From: Verrucomicrobiota bacterium | GTDB lineage: Bacteria > Verrucomicrobiota > Kiritimatiellia > CAJWTS01 | Reading direction: 5' to 3' | Length of the DNA: 64,000 nt | Assembly: GCA_027623315.1 (NCBI GenBank) | Contig: JAQBYD010000011.1 | Location: 4,108 to 68,107 of the forward strand | Shown: positions 39,019-50,589 of the stretch, in pieces | How positions within the stretch are numbered: the first letter of the stretch is position 1 | Layout: every line of letters begins with the position of its first letter | Made by a program: the position numbers and the translations under genes | Notes under the pieces: model-generated | What the model saw: only the letters and a program-made list of their open reading frames with translations | Database searches by the model: none | Told to the model about the DNA's origin: nothing

Positions 39019-39618
39019 TTACGGCTCGGGCAGGGGCGTAGGGGTGATATCGTCAGCCGTACCGACACGGCCGTCGATGCCTGCGCAGAAGAGTATGACC
39101 GTCTTGTTGGTGACGCTGTACTGGTACCGTTCGCCCCAGGGGTCAGGGCGCATGAGGGTGACGTAGGGGCCCTCCCAGCCCCAGGTGCCGGGGTCTCTAA
39201 CCAACGCCAGCAGGCCATCTTCAACCGGGGGGTAATGACCGCAGTCTTCCTTGTACAGTTCCAGCGCCTTGGCCAGTACGTTGAGCTCGTCCTGGGCGTG
39301 GGCTGGCCGCCAATCCACCGGCGCGGCGGCGCCGGACGGGTTTGTGCTGCGGATCAACAGTCCCCCCAGCACGAGAAACACGGCCAGGATCGCGGAGATG
39401 GTCAGGGAACTGCGTCCGCCGCCCAACCCGCGTGCGGGGGTCGTGGTGAGTCCGGGTCGGCGCGCGCTCTTTCTGCGCCGTTGGGTCCGTTCCGCTGCGT
39501 CCTCTCTCAGTTTGCCCGGAACGCGGACATGCTTCCCGCAACGTGGACATCGGCTGCGCTTCGCGTTCTCGAACGTGCCGCGGCAATATGGACATCGAAG
39601 TTTCACGGCGTGACCCAC
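39019..39618 (-). CDS. Zinc-ribbon / single-TM / T2SS GspG-like (pseudopilin-fold) domain protein
   Basis: N-terminal CPYC...CPRC zinc ribbon, TM helix LTISAILAVFLVLGGLLI, then LELYKEDCGHYPPVEDGLLALV...WGWEGPYV...DPWGERYQY...GIDGRVGTADDI matching the GspG C-domain pattern. Confidence 0.55.
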   Translation of the reverse strand: MGHAVKLRCPYCRGTFENAKRSRCPRCGKHVRVPGKLREDAAERTQRRRKSARRPGLTTTPARGLGGGRSSLTISAILAVFLVLGGLLIRSTNPSGAAAPVDWRPAHAQDELNVLAKALELYKEDCGHYPPVEDGLLALVRDPGTWGWEGPYVTLMRPDPWGERYQYSVTNKTVILFCAGIDGRVGTADDITPTPLPEP

Positions 39619-39688
39619 ACATTTCGCCGGAGAAGCGAGCGCGGCGAGCCCCGCCTGATCTTACGTCGGACGGGTTCGCACCCGCTCC

Positions 39689-40099
39689 TCACGGATCCAG
39701 GTTGTCGAGCTGCATCGTCTCTGCATTGAGACGTCGGTAATAACAGTTACGCGGCTCGCCCTGCTGATTCTTAGTGTGGCAGATGCCGCCGCGTTTCGGG
39801 CGAACGCGGTAAACAAGCGAATTCTGATCGCAGTTCGTGAGCACTTCGACAAGGTCAAAGGTTTCGCCGGAGGTCTTGCCCTTGATCCAGAGCTCGTTGC
39901 GTGAGGTGCTCCAGAAGACGGCGGTCTGCGTTTCGAGCGAAGTCTTCAGCGCCAATTCGTTGGCGTAGGCCACCAGGATCACCTCCTGGGTGTCCACGTT
40001 CTGAACGGCCACGGGAATGACGTCCGGTGCATTTTCGGCGATCTTGGCGAGTTTCGTGAAATCGAGCGTCAGCTCAATGCCTTCTTCAAGTTCGTTCAT
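39689..40099 (-). CDS. hisI: Phosphoribosyl-AMP cyclohydrolase
   Basis: PVAVQNVDTQEVILVAYANELALKTSLETQTAVFWSTSRNELWIKGKTSGETFDLV...CDQNSLVYRV is the HisI signature. Monofunctional, with no HisE part. Confidence 0.85.
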   Translation of the reverse strand: MNELEEGIELTLDFTKLAKIAENAPDVIPVAVQNVDTQEVILVAYANELALKTSLETQTAVFWSTSRNELWIKGKTSGETFDLVEVLTNCDQNSLVYRVRPKRGGICHTKNQQGEPRNCYYRRLNAETMQLDNLDP

Positions 40100-40189
40100 G
40101 GGGCCATTATCTCCTTAATTTGGTGCGAACGGCAAACCGAGTTAACACCGGCCGTGACAACGTGCAACGATATTCGATAAACTTGCAGC

Positions 40190-40612
40190 ATGGCACGCGC
40201 CCTACACCTCGTCTATCTACTGGCGGTATACTCGCTGCTGACGCCCGCCCGCGCCGAACCCGATCCTGGACCCCTGCGATGGTCATGGTGGGGCCAACTC
40301 GAAATGATGAGCTACGACGAACCCGGAGTGATGCAGGAGGAGGGAGTCCTCTACGGACTCGCCGCGGCCGTCGAGAAGGATGTCGAAGCCGGGGCATGGT
40401 CTCCGTCCGAGTGGAAGACCGGATTTCGCCTGGAGTTCGACTGGCTGATTAGGGGCCACAATGATAGTCGTACCGACCTTGGATTCGTCGATGCCAGCGT
40501 CACGCAGGATTCGGGGTACGGGCTGCAACTGTCGTTCACGATCCTGCGCGAGTTCGCGGGCGCCGGCCGTCACGGTCAACCGCTTCGCCTGACGCTTGAA
40601 CCCTTCGTTTAA
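40190..40612 (+). CDS. Hypothetical secreted protein
   Basis: 140-aa ORF with signal peptide MARALHLVYLLAVYSLLTPARA. Confidence 0.45.
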   Translation: MARALHLVYLLAVYSLLTPARAEPDPGPLRWSWWGQLEMMSYDEPGVMQEEGVLYGLAAAVEKDVEAGAWSPSEWKTGFRLEFDWLIRGHNDSRTDLGFVDASVTQDSGYGLQLSFTILREFAGAGRHGQPLRLTLEPFV

Positions 40613-40835
40613 GCAGCCTTAAGAGAAATTGCCATGCATGCCCGTCGGTTCAGGGCTATAATGCGGGCAGTCAAGTGGGAACTGGGGGGAGGAAAGGCAA
40701 AACACCATGAAACGTTGAACCCACTCCCGATGACACCACTTCCGGTACCGCCAACCATCCCGACGATAGCGGGAGCACGCCGGCGCGGATAAAGAATCGC
40801 GCCCACACGTGGCGGGGTTGTAGGATCGGGCTCCG

Positions 40836-41615
40836 ATGGATGCCCATGAGTTCAGCGTCGATACCCGCCGCACCGTGCGCAACCTGATTCTCGCCTGTGC
40901 CGCGGTTGAGATCGTGTTGGTGCTGCTCGACGCCTTTCTCAACGTGGAGCGTATGGCGTCGAGTCGCGCGATTCGGCGTCTCGTCAATATCACGCGCGAA
41001 GATGGGCTGCCGTCGTTCTTCGGAGTGAGCCAGACGGTGATCACCGCGTTGGTCTTGTGGGGCATCTGGGCCCTCGTGCGTCGGCAGCCGGGCCGCGCAC
41101 GCGAGGCGATCGGATGGTTGATCCTGGCGCTGTTTTTCTCCTGTTTGGCGATCGACGACGGTTCAAAGCTGCATGAGCGGGTGGGTACCGCTTTTCGAAC
41201 CTATAGCAGCCAGAGCGCAGACGGTGGGTGGGGCACGAGGCTGTGGAACTTCTTTCCGAGCTATGCCTGGCAGGTGGTGTTCGGCCCGCCGCTGGCCGTG
41301 ATGGGAGTCTTCATGGTGGTCTTTCTGTACCGGTCGCTGGCGACGCGAATGCAGTTCGTGATGGTTGGTTCGGCACTGGCGCTGCTCGCGTCGGCGGTGG
41401 GGTTGGATTTTGTTGAGGGGATCAAGGATGGCCACGTGTGGCTCGTGGAGGCCCTGCATTCGAGTCCGTACAAAGTGCGGCACTATTCCAAGTCGCTCGA
41501 GGAGACGATTGAGATGTTCGCAATGACGCTGTTCCTCGCCGCGTTCATGCTGCAGGCCGCCGCCATCGCCCCGACCATCACGCTACGATTCGAAAACGGG
41601 TCCGAAGGATGCTGA
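40836..41615 (+). CDS. Hypothetical polytopic membrane protein
   Basis: 259-aa ORF with about 6 hydrophobic helices. Confidence 0.5.
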   Translation: MDAHEFSVDTRRTVRNLILACAAVEIVLVLLDAFLNVERMASSRAIRRLVNITREDGLPSFFGVSQTVITALVLWGIWALVRRQPGRAREAIGWLILALFFSCLAIDDGSKLHERVGTAFRTYSSQSADGGWGTRLWNFFPSYAWQVVFGPPLAVMGVFMVVFLYRSLATRMQFVMVGSALALLASAVGLDFVEGIKDGHVWLVEALHSSPYKVRHYSKSLEETIEMFAMTLFLAAFMLQAAAIAPTITLRFENGSEGC

Positions 41616-41974
41616 GACGGGCGGGACCCGTGTTCGAGTTTCGGAGTGTGTGAGTTCGTGGGACGAATCCATGTCCGGTCCTGGTTTCCGGTTGTCACAT
41701 CTTGACTGGCCGCCCCTATTCCCAAAGCGTCAACCGGAGCGGCGTGAGTGCACTCCGTCTCCAAAGCTTGATGATGGATCAATAGTCCTCTGAGCATACA
41801 GGCCGATCAGTGTCCCCGGTTGAAGCCATGGAGACGGGGTGCCCTCACCGCGCACAGGGAGAATGAGCAAGTGACGCCGCGTGGTACGGCCCAAGTCTTG
41901 TGGGTGACGACCAATTTCAGGACGGGACCCCACACTCACACACCCACGCACTCCGCCACGTTCGCCGCCTCCGC

Positions 41975-42221
41975 CTACTTCCCATCCGTGGGCAACCTGA
42001 CGATGACTTTGACCCCGTCCGTGTCGTAGCAGGGGGATTGAATCTGGATGCTGCCGCCGTGGGAGTCGGCCGCCATGCGGCAGAAGGCCAGTCCCAGACC
42101 GGTGCCGCCTCTTGCGGCCTGCGTACAGACCCGCGAACATGAGCACCAGAACAATGAGTACCAGCCCGCTCGCGGAGAAGTGTAAGGTAGAATGCCGCAG
42201 GTATAGATGGAAGCGTTCCAT
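41975..42221 (-). pseudogene. Remnant of a sensor histidine kinase: an N-terminal TM segment fused (with a frame change) to the last roughly 45 aa of an HATPase_c domain
   Basis: Minus-strand ATG at 42221 gives MERFHLYLRHSTLHFSASGLVLIVLVLMFAGLYAG. The adjacent frame reads ...ARGGTGLGLAFCRMAADSHGGSIQIQSPCYDTDGVKVIVRLPTDGK*, which is the G2 box plus C-terminal end of a histidine kinase. No DHp or N/G1 boxes are present. Confidence 0.45.
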
Positions 42222-42361
42222 GCCGGGAGGATTTCTCCCCGTTGTGCTCCGTGCTTGACCGCCGCCACCGACTCGGGTAACCAAATGGCTGACGCGGGGT
42301 GCTCTGCCGGGGCAGAACGCGCGAGCGCCTCGCGGAAGATTCGAGTACGGCCGGCGACTAA

Positions 42362-44629
<2,268 letters not shown>

Positions 44630-44837
44630 GATAGATCTGATTTCAGCCGCGTAGGGCGGCCTGGATTGCATCGGTTCGTGTCGGTAAGGGCGGTAGCCGC
44701 CGGCGGAACTCGCTCCATTCTGTGCGTCCCGGCTGGACAGAAGCCCGCCCTTGCAATCCGGCCGAAAATAGTCTCCAATCCATCTCTTCATGGTTTCGCA
44801 AGACAGACCCGTTGCCCATGGGAAACTCCCGCCAGGA

Positions 44838-45605
44838 ATGCGCGCCGCGCTTGCGGTATATGCCGCAATCCTCGCAGCCGCAATGAGTTCAGGCTGCGTC
44901 AGCACCGGACCGGTCACGGACGTGGCCAGTCGAGAGGCCGCCAGCAAGGCATGGGAGGCCGGCAGACGCGCTGCGGAAGCCGACTGCGCCGAGGAACGGG
45001 CGCTCTACGCCAAGGAACGGGCGCTCTACGCCAAGGAACGGGCGCTCGTCCCGAAAAGAATCGACGCGGCCCTGCAGCAGGGGCGTGTGCAGGGCGATGC
45101 CGCTGCCGTCAAACGCATTGAAGCTGAACAACTTGCCGCAGAGAAGGCAGCGGCCGCGCGGGATGCCGCGGCCCTGACCGCCTTCATGAGCACGCTCGCC
45201 GAGACTCCCGTGCTCGGGGACCGCAAACTCCGAACGGACAAGGGCCGGACACTCGAGGCCCGCCATTTGGTGGACATGATCCAGACCCAACTCGAGAAAC
45301 TCGAATGTGAGCTTGTCCTCTCAGTCCCACTCCAGGCCATGCCGAGGGTTCAGGACTACGGCGAGCAGAAGATTCTGCTGACCATGTCTTCCGAATTCAA
45401 CGAGTCTTTCTTCGAGAACATCGAGAAGCTGTCGATCCTGGACGCGCTCAACCTGCTCAACAAGCTCTACGGGTTCAGCGCATGGATCTCGGGTGACAAG
45501 ACGACTATCTGCCTCGGCTTTGCCGTACACCCGCCCTCCTCACACCCCAATACGAAGATCGATCTCTACTTCAGCGAGAGAGAGTTCAGGGAGCGCGTCC
45601 GGTAG
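44838..45605 (+). CDS. Hypothetical lipoprotein with internal tandem repeat (EERALYAK)n
   Basis: ORF 44790..45605 with probable start MRAALAVYAAILAAAMSSGCVS (lipobox). A/E-rich coiled-coil-like middle. The tandem 21-bp repeat lies at 44994..45047. Confidence 0.5.
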   Translation: MRAALAVYAAILAAAMSSGCVSTGPVTDVASREAASKAWEAGRRAAEADCAEERALYAKERALYAKERALVPKRIDAALQQGRVQGDAAAVKRIEAEQLAAEKAAAARDAAALTAFMSTLAETPVLGDRKLRTDKGRTLEARHLVDMIQTQLEKLECELVLSVPLQAMPRVQDYGEQKILLTMSSEFNESFFENIEKLSILDALNLLNKLYGFSAWISGDKTTICLGFAVHPPSSHPNTKIDLYFSEREFRERVR

Positions 45606-45821
45606 AACGTATTCGGAACACAGACGGGAGAAACGCGGACATGACTATGGATTCCTGGCCCGTGTTTCCCCATTTCAAGCTGACCACCGCGAAATCCTAC
45701 TTCGAGCGGATCGAATCCCACGCCGACGAGTTGCCGCTGCCCGCATTGCCTTCAGCAGCCACCGGTCCCGGATGTTGATCGCGGTTGACCTCACGCACGG
45801 ATTCGGCGACAAAGTTCCGGC

Positions 45822-47363
45822 ATGAAGCAACCCAACATAGTCTATATTCTCGCCGACGACCTGGGGTGGTGTGACCTAGGGGGTCTGGGCGGCAGCGAAT
45901 TCTACGAGAGCCCGCATATCGACCGCATTGCGACGGAGGGTATGCATTTCACCCAGGCGTACGCATCCAGCCAGGTGTGCAGCCCTTCGCGTGCGAGCAT
46001 CATGACGGGCAAGTATCCGCCCCGGCACGGCATTACGGACTACCTGGGCGCGCCCTGCGGCGAGGCCTGGCGCTCGATGGGCCGATGCGACAGGATGCTG
46101 CCGCCCGACAACGCGCCCGGCTTACGCGCTGACGAAATCACCTTTGCCGAGGCGTTGCGTCGCGGGGGCTATCGTACCTTCTTTGCGGGGAAGTGGCATC
46201 TTGGCGAAGCGGGTGCGGACCCGGAGGATTTCGGGTTCGAGATCAACAAGGGCGGATGGGCAAACGGGGGACCGGCCGGCGGGTACTTCGCGCCTTGGGA
46301 GAATCCGAAGCTCGAGTCCGGACCCGATGGAGAGTCGTTGCCCTTGAGGCTGGGCCGAGAGACCGTGAAGTTTATCGAGGCGCACGCTTCGGCAGGCTCA
46401 GCGCAGGACAAAGACGAGCCCTTCCTGGCCTACCTCTCGTTCTATTCCGTGCACGGTCCCATCCAGACCAGCCGGGGCCGCTGGGAGAAGTACCGGCAGA
46501 AGGCGGTTGCACAAGAAGTGGCGGATAAACGCTTTATCTTCGACCGCAAACTGCCCGTGAGGCAGGTGCAGGACTGCCCCATCTACGCCGGTATGATCGA
46601 GGCCATGGACGACGCCGTGGGCCTGGTGCTGGACGCACTCGACAGGCTTGGGCTCACCGAAAATACGATCGTGTGTTTCACCTCGGACAACGGCGGCGTC
46701 TCGGCGGGCGACAGCTATTCCTCATCCATGCTGCCGCTGCGCGGTGGCAAGGGCCGCCAATGGGAAGGCGGTATTCGCGAGCCGCTCTATTTCCGGTTTC
46801 CGGGTCGCATCCCATCCGGTTCATCCTGCGATGTGCCGGTGTCCGGGATCGATTTCTATCCGACGTTGCTCGAGCTTGCCGGGCTGGAGGTGCCGCCCGG
46901 GCAGGAGGTCGACGGCCAAAGCATGGTTAAGCTGCTGGGCGGTGCGGACGACCCCGCTATCGCCGGTCGCGACCTGTTCTGGCATTACCCGCACTACGGA
47001 AACCAGGGAGGGGATCCGTCATCCACCATCCGGCGCGGTGACTGGAAGCTGATTCACTACCACGAGGACGGGCACGACGAACTCTACAACCTCGCGCAGG
47101 ATCCCGGGGAACAGGACGACGTGCATGTAGCGAACGCCGCGCTGGCCATCGCCCTGCGTGAGACCCTCGACCAGTGGTTGGACGACACGGGCGCCGCGTT
47201 CCCCGCTCCGGACCCCGAATACGATTCAGAAAAGCATGCCGCCTACCTGCAGCGCCAGGAGCATGTGTTGATGCCGCGGCTCGAGGCCGAACACGCCCAA
47301 TACCTCGATCTGGACTGGCAGCCGAACGCAGACTGGTGGGGCAGCCAGGTCATAAACGACTGA
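45822..47363 (+). CDS. Sulfatase (arylsulfatase family); no signal peptide apparent
   Basis: MKQPNIVYILADDLGWCDLG... with the CSPSRAS formylglycine motif, and the C-terminal sulfatase segment ELYNLAQDPGEQDD. Confidence 0.9.
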   Translation: MKQPNIVYILADDLGWCDLGGLGGSEFYESPHIDRIATEGMHFTQAYASSQVCSPSRASIMTGKYPPRHGITDYLGAPCGEAWRSMGRCDRMLPPDNAPGLRADEITFAEALRRGGYRTFFAGKWHLGEAGADPEDFGFEINKGGWANGGPAGGYFAPWENPKLESGPDGESLPLRLGRETVKFIEAHASAGSAQDKDEPFLAYLSFYSVHGPIQTSRGRWEKYRQKAVAQEVADKRFIFDRKLPVRQVQDCPIYAGMIEAMDDAVGLVLDALDRLGLTENTIVCFTSDNGGVSAGDSYSSSMLPLRGGKGRQWEGGIREPLYFRFPGRIPSGSSCDVPVSGIDFYPTLLELAGLEVPPGQEVDGQSMVKLLGGADDPAIAGRDLFWHYPHYGNQGGDPSSTIRRGDWKLIHYHEDGHDELYNLAQDPGEQDDVHVANAALAIALRETLDQWLDDTGAAFPAPDPEYDSEKHAAYLQRQEHVLMPRLEAEHAQYLDLDWQPNADWWGSQVIND

Positions 47364-47387
47364 TCCCGCCCGGGATTCAACCGCGGG

Positions 47388-47831
47388 TTATCCGCCCAGT
47401 TCCACGCAGCGTTTGCGGTAGTGCAGGTAGTTCTCGTAGGGGACCTCTTCGGGTACGCCGTGGTCGCAGGTGGGTGTGTATCCGCTCCCGATCGCCACGA
47501 CATCGCAACCGGACGCGACTTCGAAGGGATCCATCATATCCATGCCGATCGCCTCCTGGTAGAGCGGAATGACCGGCATGGCCCGGCCGTCGGTATCGAT
47601 GTGTACGTACAGGTGACGCGAACGGTCGATCTGCCGTGACTTCACGTTGTTGATCAGTTGCTGATAGTACGGGAACAGGAATTCCTTGTCTTCAGGCAGT
47701 AGTATCCAAACTCGCGTCTGAACAACGGCGCGCCCGGTTGTAAGATCCCCTGCCGACGACCGCTGATGCCGGGTCGCTACGTTCGACAACATAGTACGAT
47801 ACTTCTCCCTCCTCTGCCGGCATTTTGTCAC
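47388..47831 (-). CDS. Hypothetical protein
   Basis: 147-aa ORF with no recognised family. The start is uncertain. Confidence 0.4.
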   Translation of the reverse strand: MTKCRQRREKYRTMLSNVATRHQRSSAGDLTTGRAVVQTRVWILLPEDKEFLFPYYQQLINNVKSRQIDRSRHLYVHIDTDGRAMPVIPLYQEAIGMDMMDPFEVASGCDVVAIGSGYTPTCDHGVPEEVPYENYLHYRKRCVELGG

Positions 47832-47984
47832 GTAGTCTGAGAAAATCTTCGCGCACGCGGCATCCGCCGCTCCTCAAATTGGATACAAATCGGCACGGAG
47901 ATGGGAAGACCCATGGGCGGGTCGACACGAATGAAGATGGGTGATTCGCGGGCCACTCGTCGATGGATCGAGAACGACCGAAGA

Positions 47985-48737
47985 TCAGACGCGGTTCCCG
48001 TCGCGAAGGACGGGGACAAGATCGCCCCAGGGCTTGCCGCTGTCCGCCGCGATCGCGTTGGGGACATGATATTGCGGCACGTAGCCGTAGCGCGCGCGGT
48101 CGCGGCTGAGGTTGGGGCCGCTCTTGTGCAGCATGAGTGAACTGAATATGGCCACCTGCCCGGCTTTCATCTCCACGGGTACCTGGCCGCTGTCGTCGCT
48201 GAACTGGGCCGTCAGTCCGCCGTAGCTCTCCGCGGTCTCTTCTTCCGGCAGATGCTCCAGCAGTCCCCAGCTAGGCGACCCGGGGATGATCCAGATGCAG
48301 CCGTTGTCGAGATCCGAATCGCCGATGGCCGTCCAGCAGGTGATGTAGGTCAGCGGCTCGGTGCGCTGGTAGCCTGAATCCTGGTGCCAGGCGAAGGTCT
48401 TGCTGTGCCCGGCTGGCGGTTTCACCGCCGCCTGGTTGTAGTACAGGTCCGCATCGCCGCCAATCAGTTTGCGACAGGCTTCCATGTAGACCGGTTTGCG
48501 CGCGAAGGCAGCGGCGACATCGCTGTGCGTGTGGAACTGACCGTAGGCGCGTTGGCCGCGCAGGCGGTCGGCTTCCGCGGCGTCGCCGCGCGCTTCGGCA
48601 GCGGCGACGTGCTCGGCATACACCCGGTCGAACTCCTCGCGCATGGGGCGCAATTCGTCGTCGGTGAACACTACGCCGGTCACGAAGTAACCGAGTTCGT
48701 GAAACTGGTCGATGTCCTTATCCGAAATCTGGTTCAT
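47985..48737 (-). CDS. Phytanoyl-CoA dioxygenase (PhyH) family Fe(II)/2-oxoglutarate oxygenase
   Basis: 250-aa ORF with the WHQDSGY His-x-Asp motif and a distal His (LMLHKSGPN), in the typical PhyH-family layout. Confidence 0.75.
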   Translation of the reverse strand: MNQISDKDIDQFHELGYFVTGVVFTDDELRPMREEFDRVYAEHVAAAEARGDAAEADRLRGQRAYGQFHTHSDVAAAFARKPVYMEACRKLIGGDADLYYNQAAVKPPAGHSKTFAWHQDSGYQRTEPLTYITCWTAIGDSDLDNGCIWIIPGSPSWGLLEHLPEEETAESYGGLTAQFSDDSGQVPVEMKAGQVAIFSSLMLHKSGPNLSRDRARYGYVPQYHVPNAIAADSGKPWGDLVPVLRDGNRV

Positions 48738-49050
48738 GTATGGCTCCCGTTCTGGTTGATCGGTTCCTATCGTTTTTGAGGAGACGGCGTCAAGGGGTAT
48801 GTGTTTAGGAGTGTGTGGGCCACGCCTGCGGCGTGGTAAATGTGTGAGAGTTTGTGGGTATGTGGGGGTGGGGGCAAGACCCCGGAAGGGCTTGACCGGT
48901 CCCTGCCCACGCCGGAACTCGTAAAGGCAGCGCTTGTGGGGGGCAAGCTGTCGGCTTGATCAGCCGTGCATGCGCCGCCAAATGGTGTCCAGAACGGCGG
49001 CGTTGCCGACGTCGTAGAGGCCACCGCCGCGTAAGGCGCGATCGGGTGCT

Positions 49051-50580
49051 TCACAAGTCGAGTTCGGTGAGCTGTCGTTTGTAGTCCTCCAGACATGGCG
49101 GGCACAGCCCATGCGTGAAGTCGGCGTCGGAGTGGTCCGTAATGTATTCCTCTATCTGGTGCCAGTAACCCCCGTCATCACGAATACTCTTGCACGCCGC
49201 ACAGATAGGCAGCAGGCCATGCAAGGTGCGGATGCTGGATGCGGCATCTTGCAGGTCGCCGATCAATCTTTCCTTTTCGGTCTCCATACGCTTCCGTTGC
49301 GTAATGTCGTGGAAAAACCAGATTCTGCCGTGGTAGGTGCCGTCCTTGCCGCGCAGCGGTGACGAGTAGCGCTCGAGCGTGCTGCCGTCCTTGAATTCGA
49401 TTTCGTCGCTGCTTGCGGCGTCCTTGTGCTCGTACAGGTAAGCGACTTTCTCGATAAACGCATCGGGGTCTTTGATTTGGGCGATCACATGCTGCAGTCT
49501 TTCATCCTCACGCTCTTCCAGTAGATGCGGAGGAATGTTCCAAAGCTCGCCGAAGCGTTTGTTGAATAGGATCGCTTTGCCTTCGTTGTCGACGGCGAGG
49601 ATACCGTCAATCGTCGTCTCGGACTGCGCTTCGAGAAGCGTCGTCTTGAACTGGAGATCCAGCGCGGTCGCGCGCGCCCGCTCACTCGCGAGATCACGCT
49701 CAGAGATGGCCGCCGCGGTGATCAGGCCGATCAAGCTCGCTGCCATCAGGAATCCGTGCAGCGTCGCAAGACTTTCGTGGGGGGTCGCGCGGATGAACGG
49801 GCCCACGCCACTGGCGGTACCACAGACAGCGATGACGGCGAGCAGAAATGTGACCACAGTCACGCCCTTGGGACCCCCGCGGATTGCCGTTCCAAGCACG
49901 AACACAATGGGCAGATAGGCGAAGATGGTGCCGTGTTCGCCGAGAGCCGGCGAGGCGGAGAATGCAAGTGTCGTCATCAGGGCGATCAGGGCGCCGAACC
50001 CCAGGATTTCGACCCCCTCCCGCGCGCGCACCCGGTCTGCCGCAGGAGCGCATCAGCTCAGAATCAGCGGTGCGAACACGATGACGCCGAGCGTGTCGCC
50101 CAACCACCAGTCGGTCCAGATGCCCAACGCATCGGCGCTGGGGGCCACGCCGCCGAGGATGAGCGCAACGGTGCCGATCGTGGCGCTGATCACGGTGGCC
50201 GCGCCGCCGCCCAGAAACGCAAGCGTCAGCACGTCGCGGGTGCGCAGAAGGGCCGGTTCGAACTGACTCTTGCGCAGCACGAGGGCCCCGGCGACGGCGG
50301 CCGCCGTGTTGCCGGCGGCGATCCCGGCCGCCGTCCCAATAGAAAGGTCGGTCGTCAGGTTTACGGCGAGTGCGCCCAACGCGGCGACCGGCCACATTCT
50401 TTGCCCACCGAGGACCAACAGGGCCAGGGCGATACCGGAGGGCGGTCAGATCAACGTAACGTTCGCATGCGCGTCGGCCAGGGAAAGGCCGACTCGACCC
50501 GTCAGGTAGTAGGCGGCCGCTCCTGCCGCGATGTGAAGCAGGTAGCGGGGAATGGATTTGGGTACGGCGGCCGTCTTCAT
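49051..50580 (-). pseudogene. MASE1 - PAS - Cys-rich C-terminal sensor gene interrupted by two in-frame TGA codons (complement 50446..50448 and 50053..50055)
   Basis: A single continuous minus-strand frame reads MKTAAVPKSIPRYLLHIAAGAAAYYLTGRVGLSLADAHANVTLI*PPSGIALALLVLGG...VIVFAPLILS*CAPAADRVRAREGVEILGFG...PAS...LLPICAACKSIRDDGGYWHQIEEYITDHSDADFTHGLCPPC. The first TGA occupies the conserved Trp of the MASE1 (IW)PPSGIALA motif. The ORF track splits this into 50053..50418 and 49051..50031. Confidence 0.55.
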
Positions 50581-50589
50581 GGATGCCTG

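Noticed and set aside
40629-40662. Possible sigma-70 promoter (TTGCCA ... TATAAT) upstream of 40836
   Set aside because: The -10 hexamer is perfect, but the spacing to the best -35 candidate is 22 bp. Not reported as a feature.
45493-45825. 110-aa ORF ending at the sulfatase ATG, considered as a frameshifted signal-peptide-bearing N-terminus of the sulfatase
   Set aside because: The translation is not hydrophobic or signal-like and has no similarity to anything. The sulfatase begins at the conserved block.
49051-50580. Genome-wide TGA recoding (TGA=Trp or Gly) as the explanation for the in-frame TGAs
   Set aside because: Most well-supported genes here terminate at TGA (the receptor, sulfatase, rluB, DUF3311 and the leader ORF, for example), and Trp is encoded by TGG throughout. 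The GC content is also far from known code-4/25 lineages.
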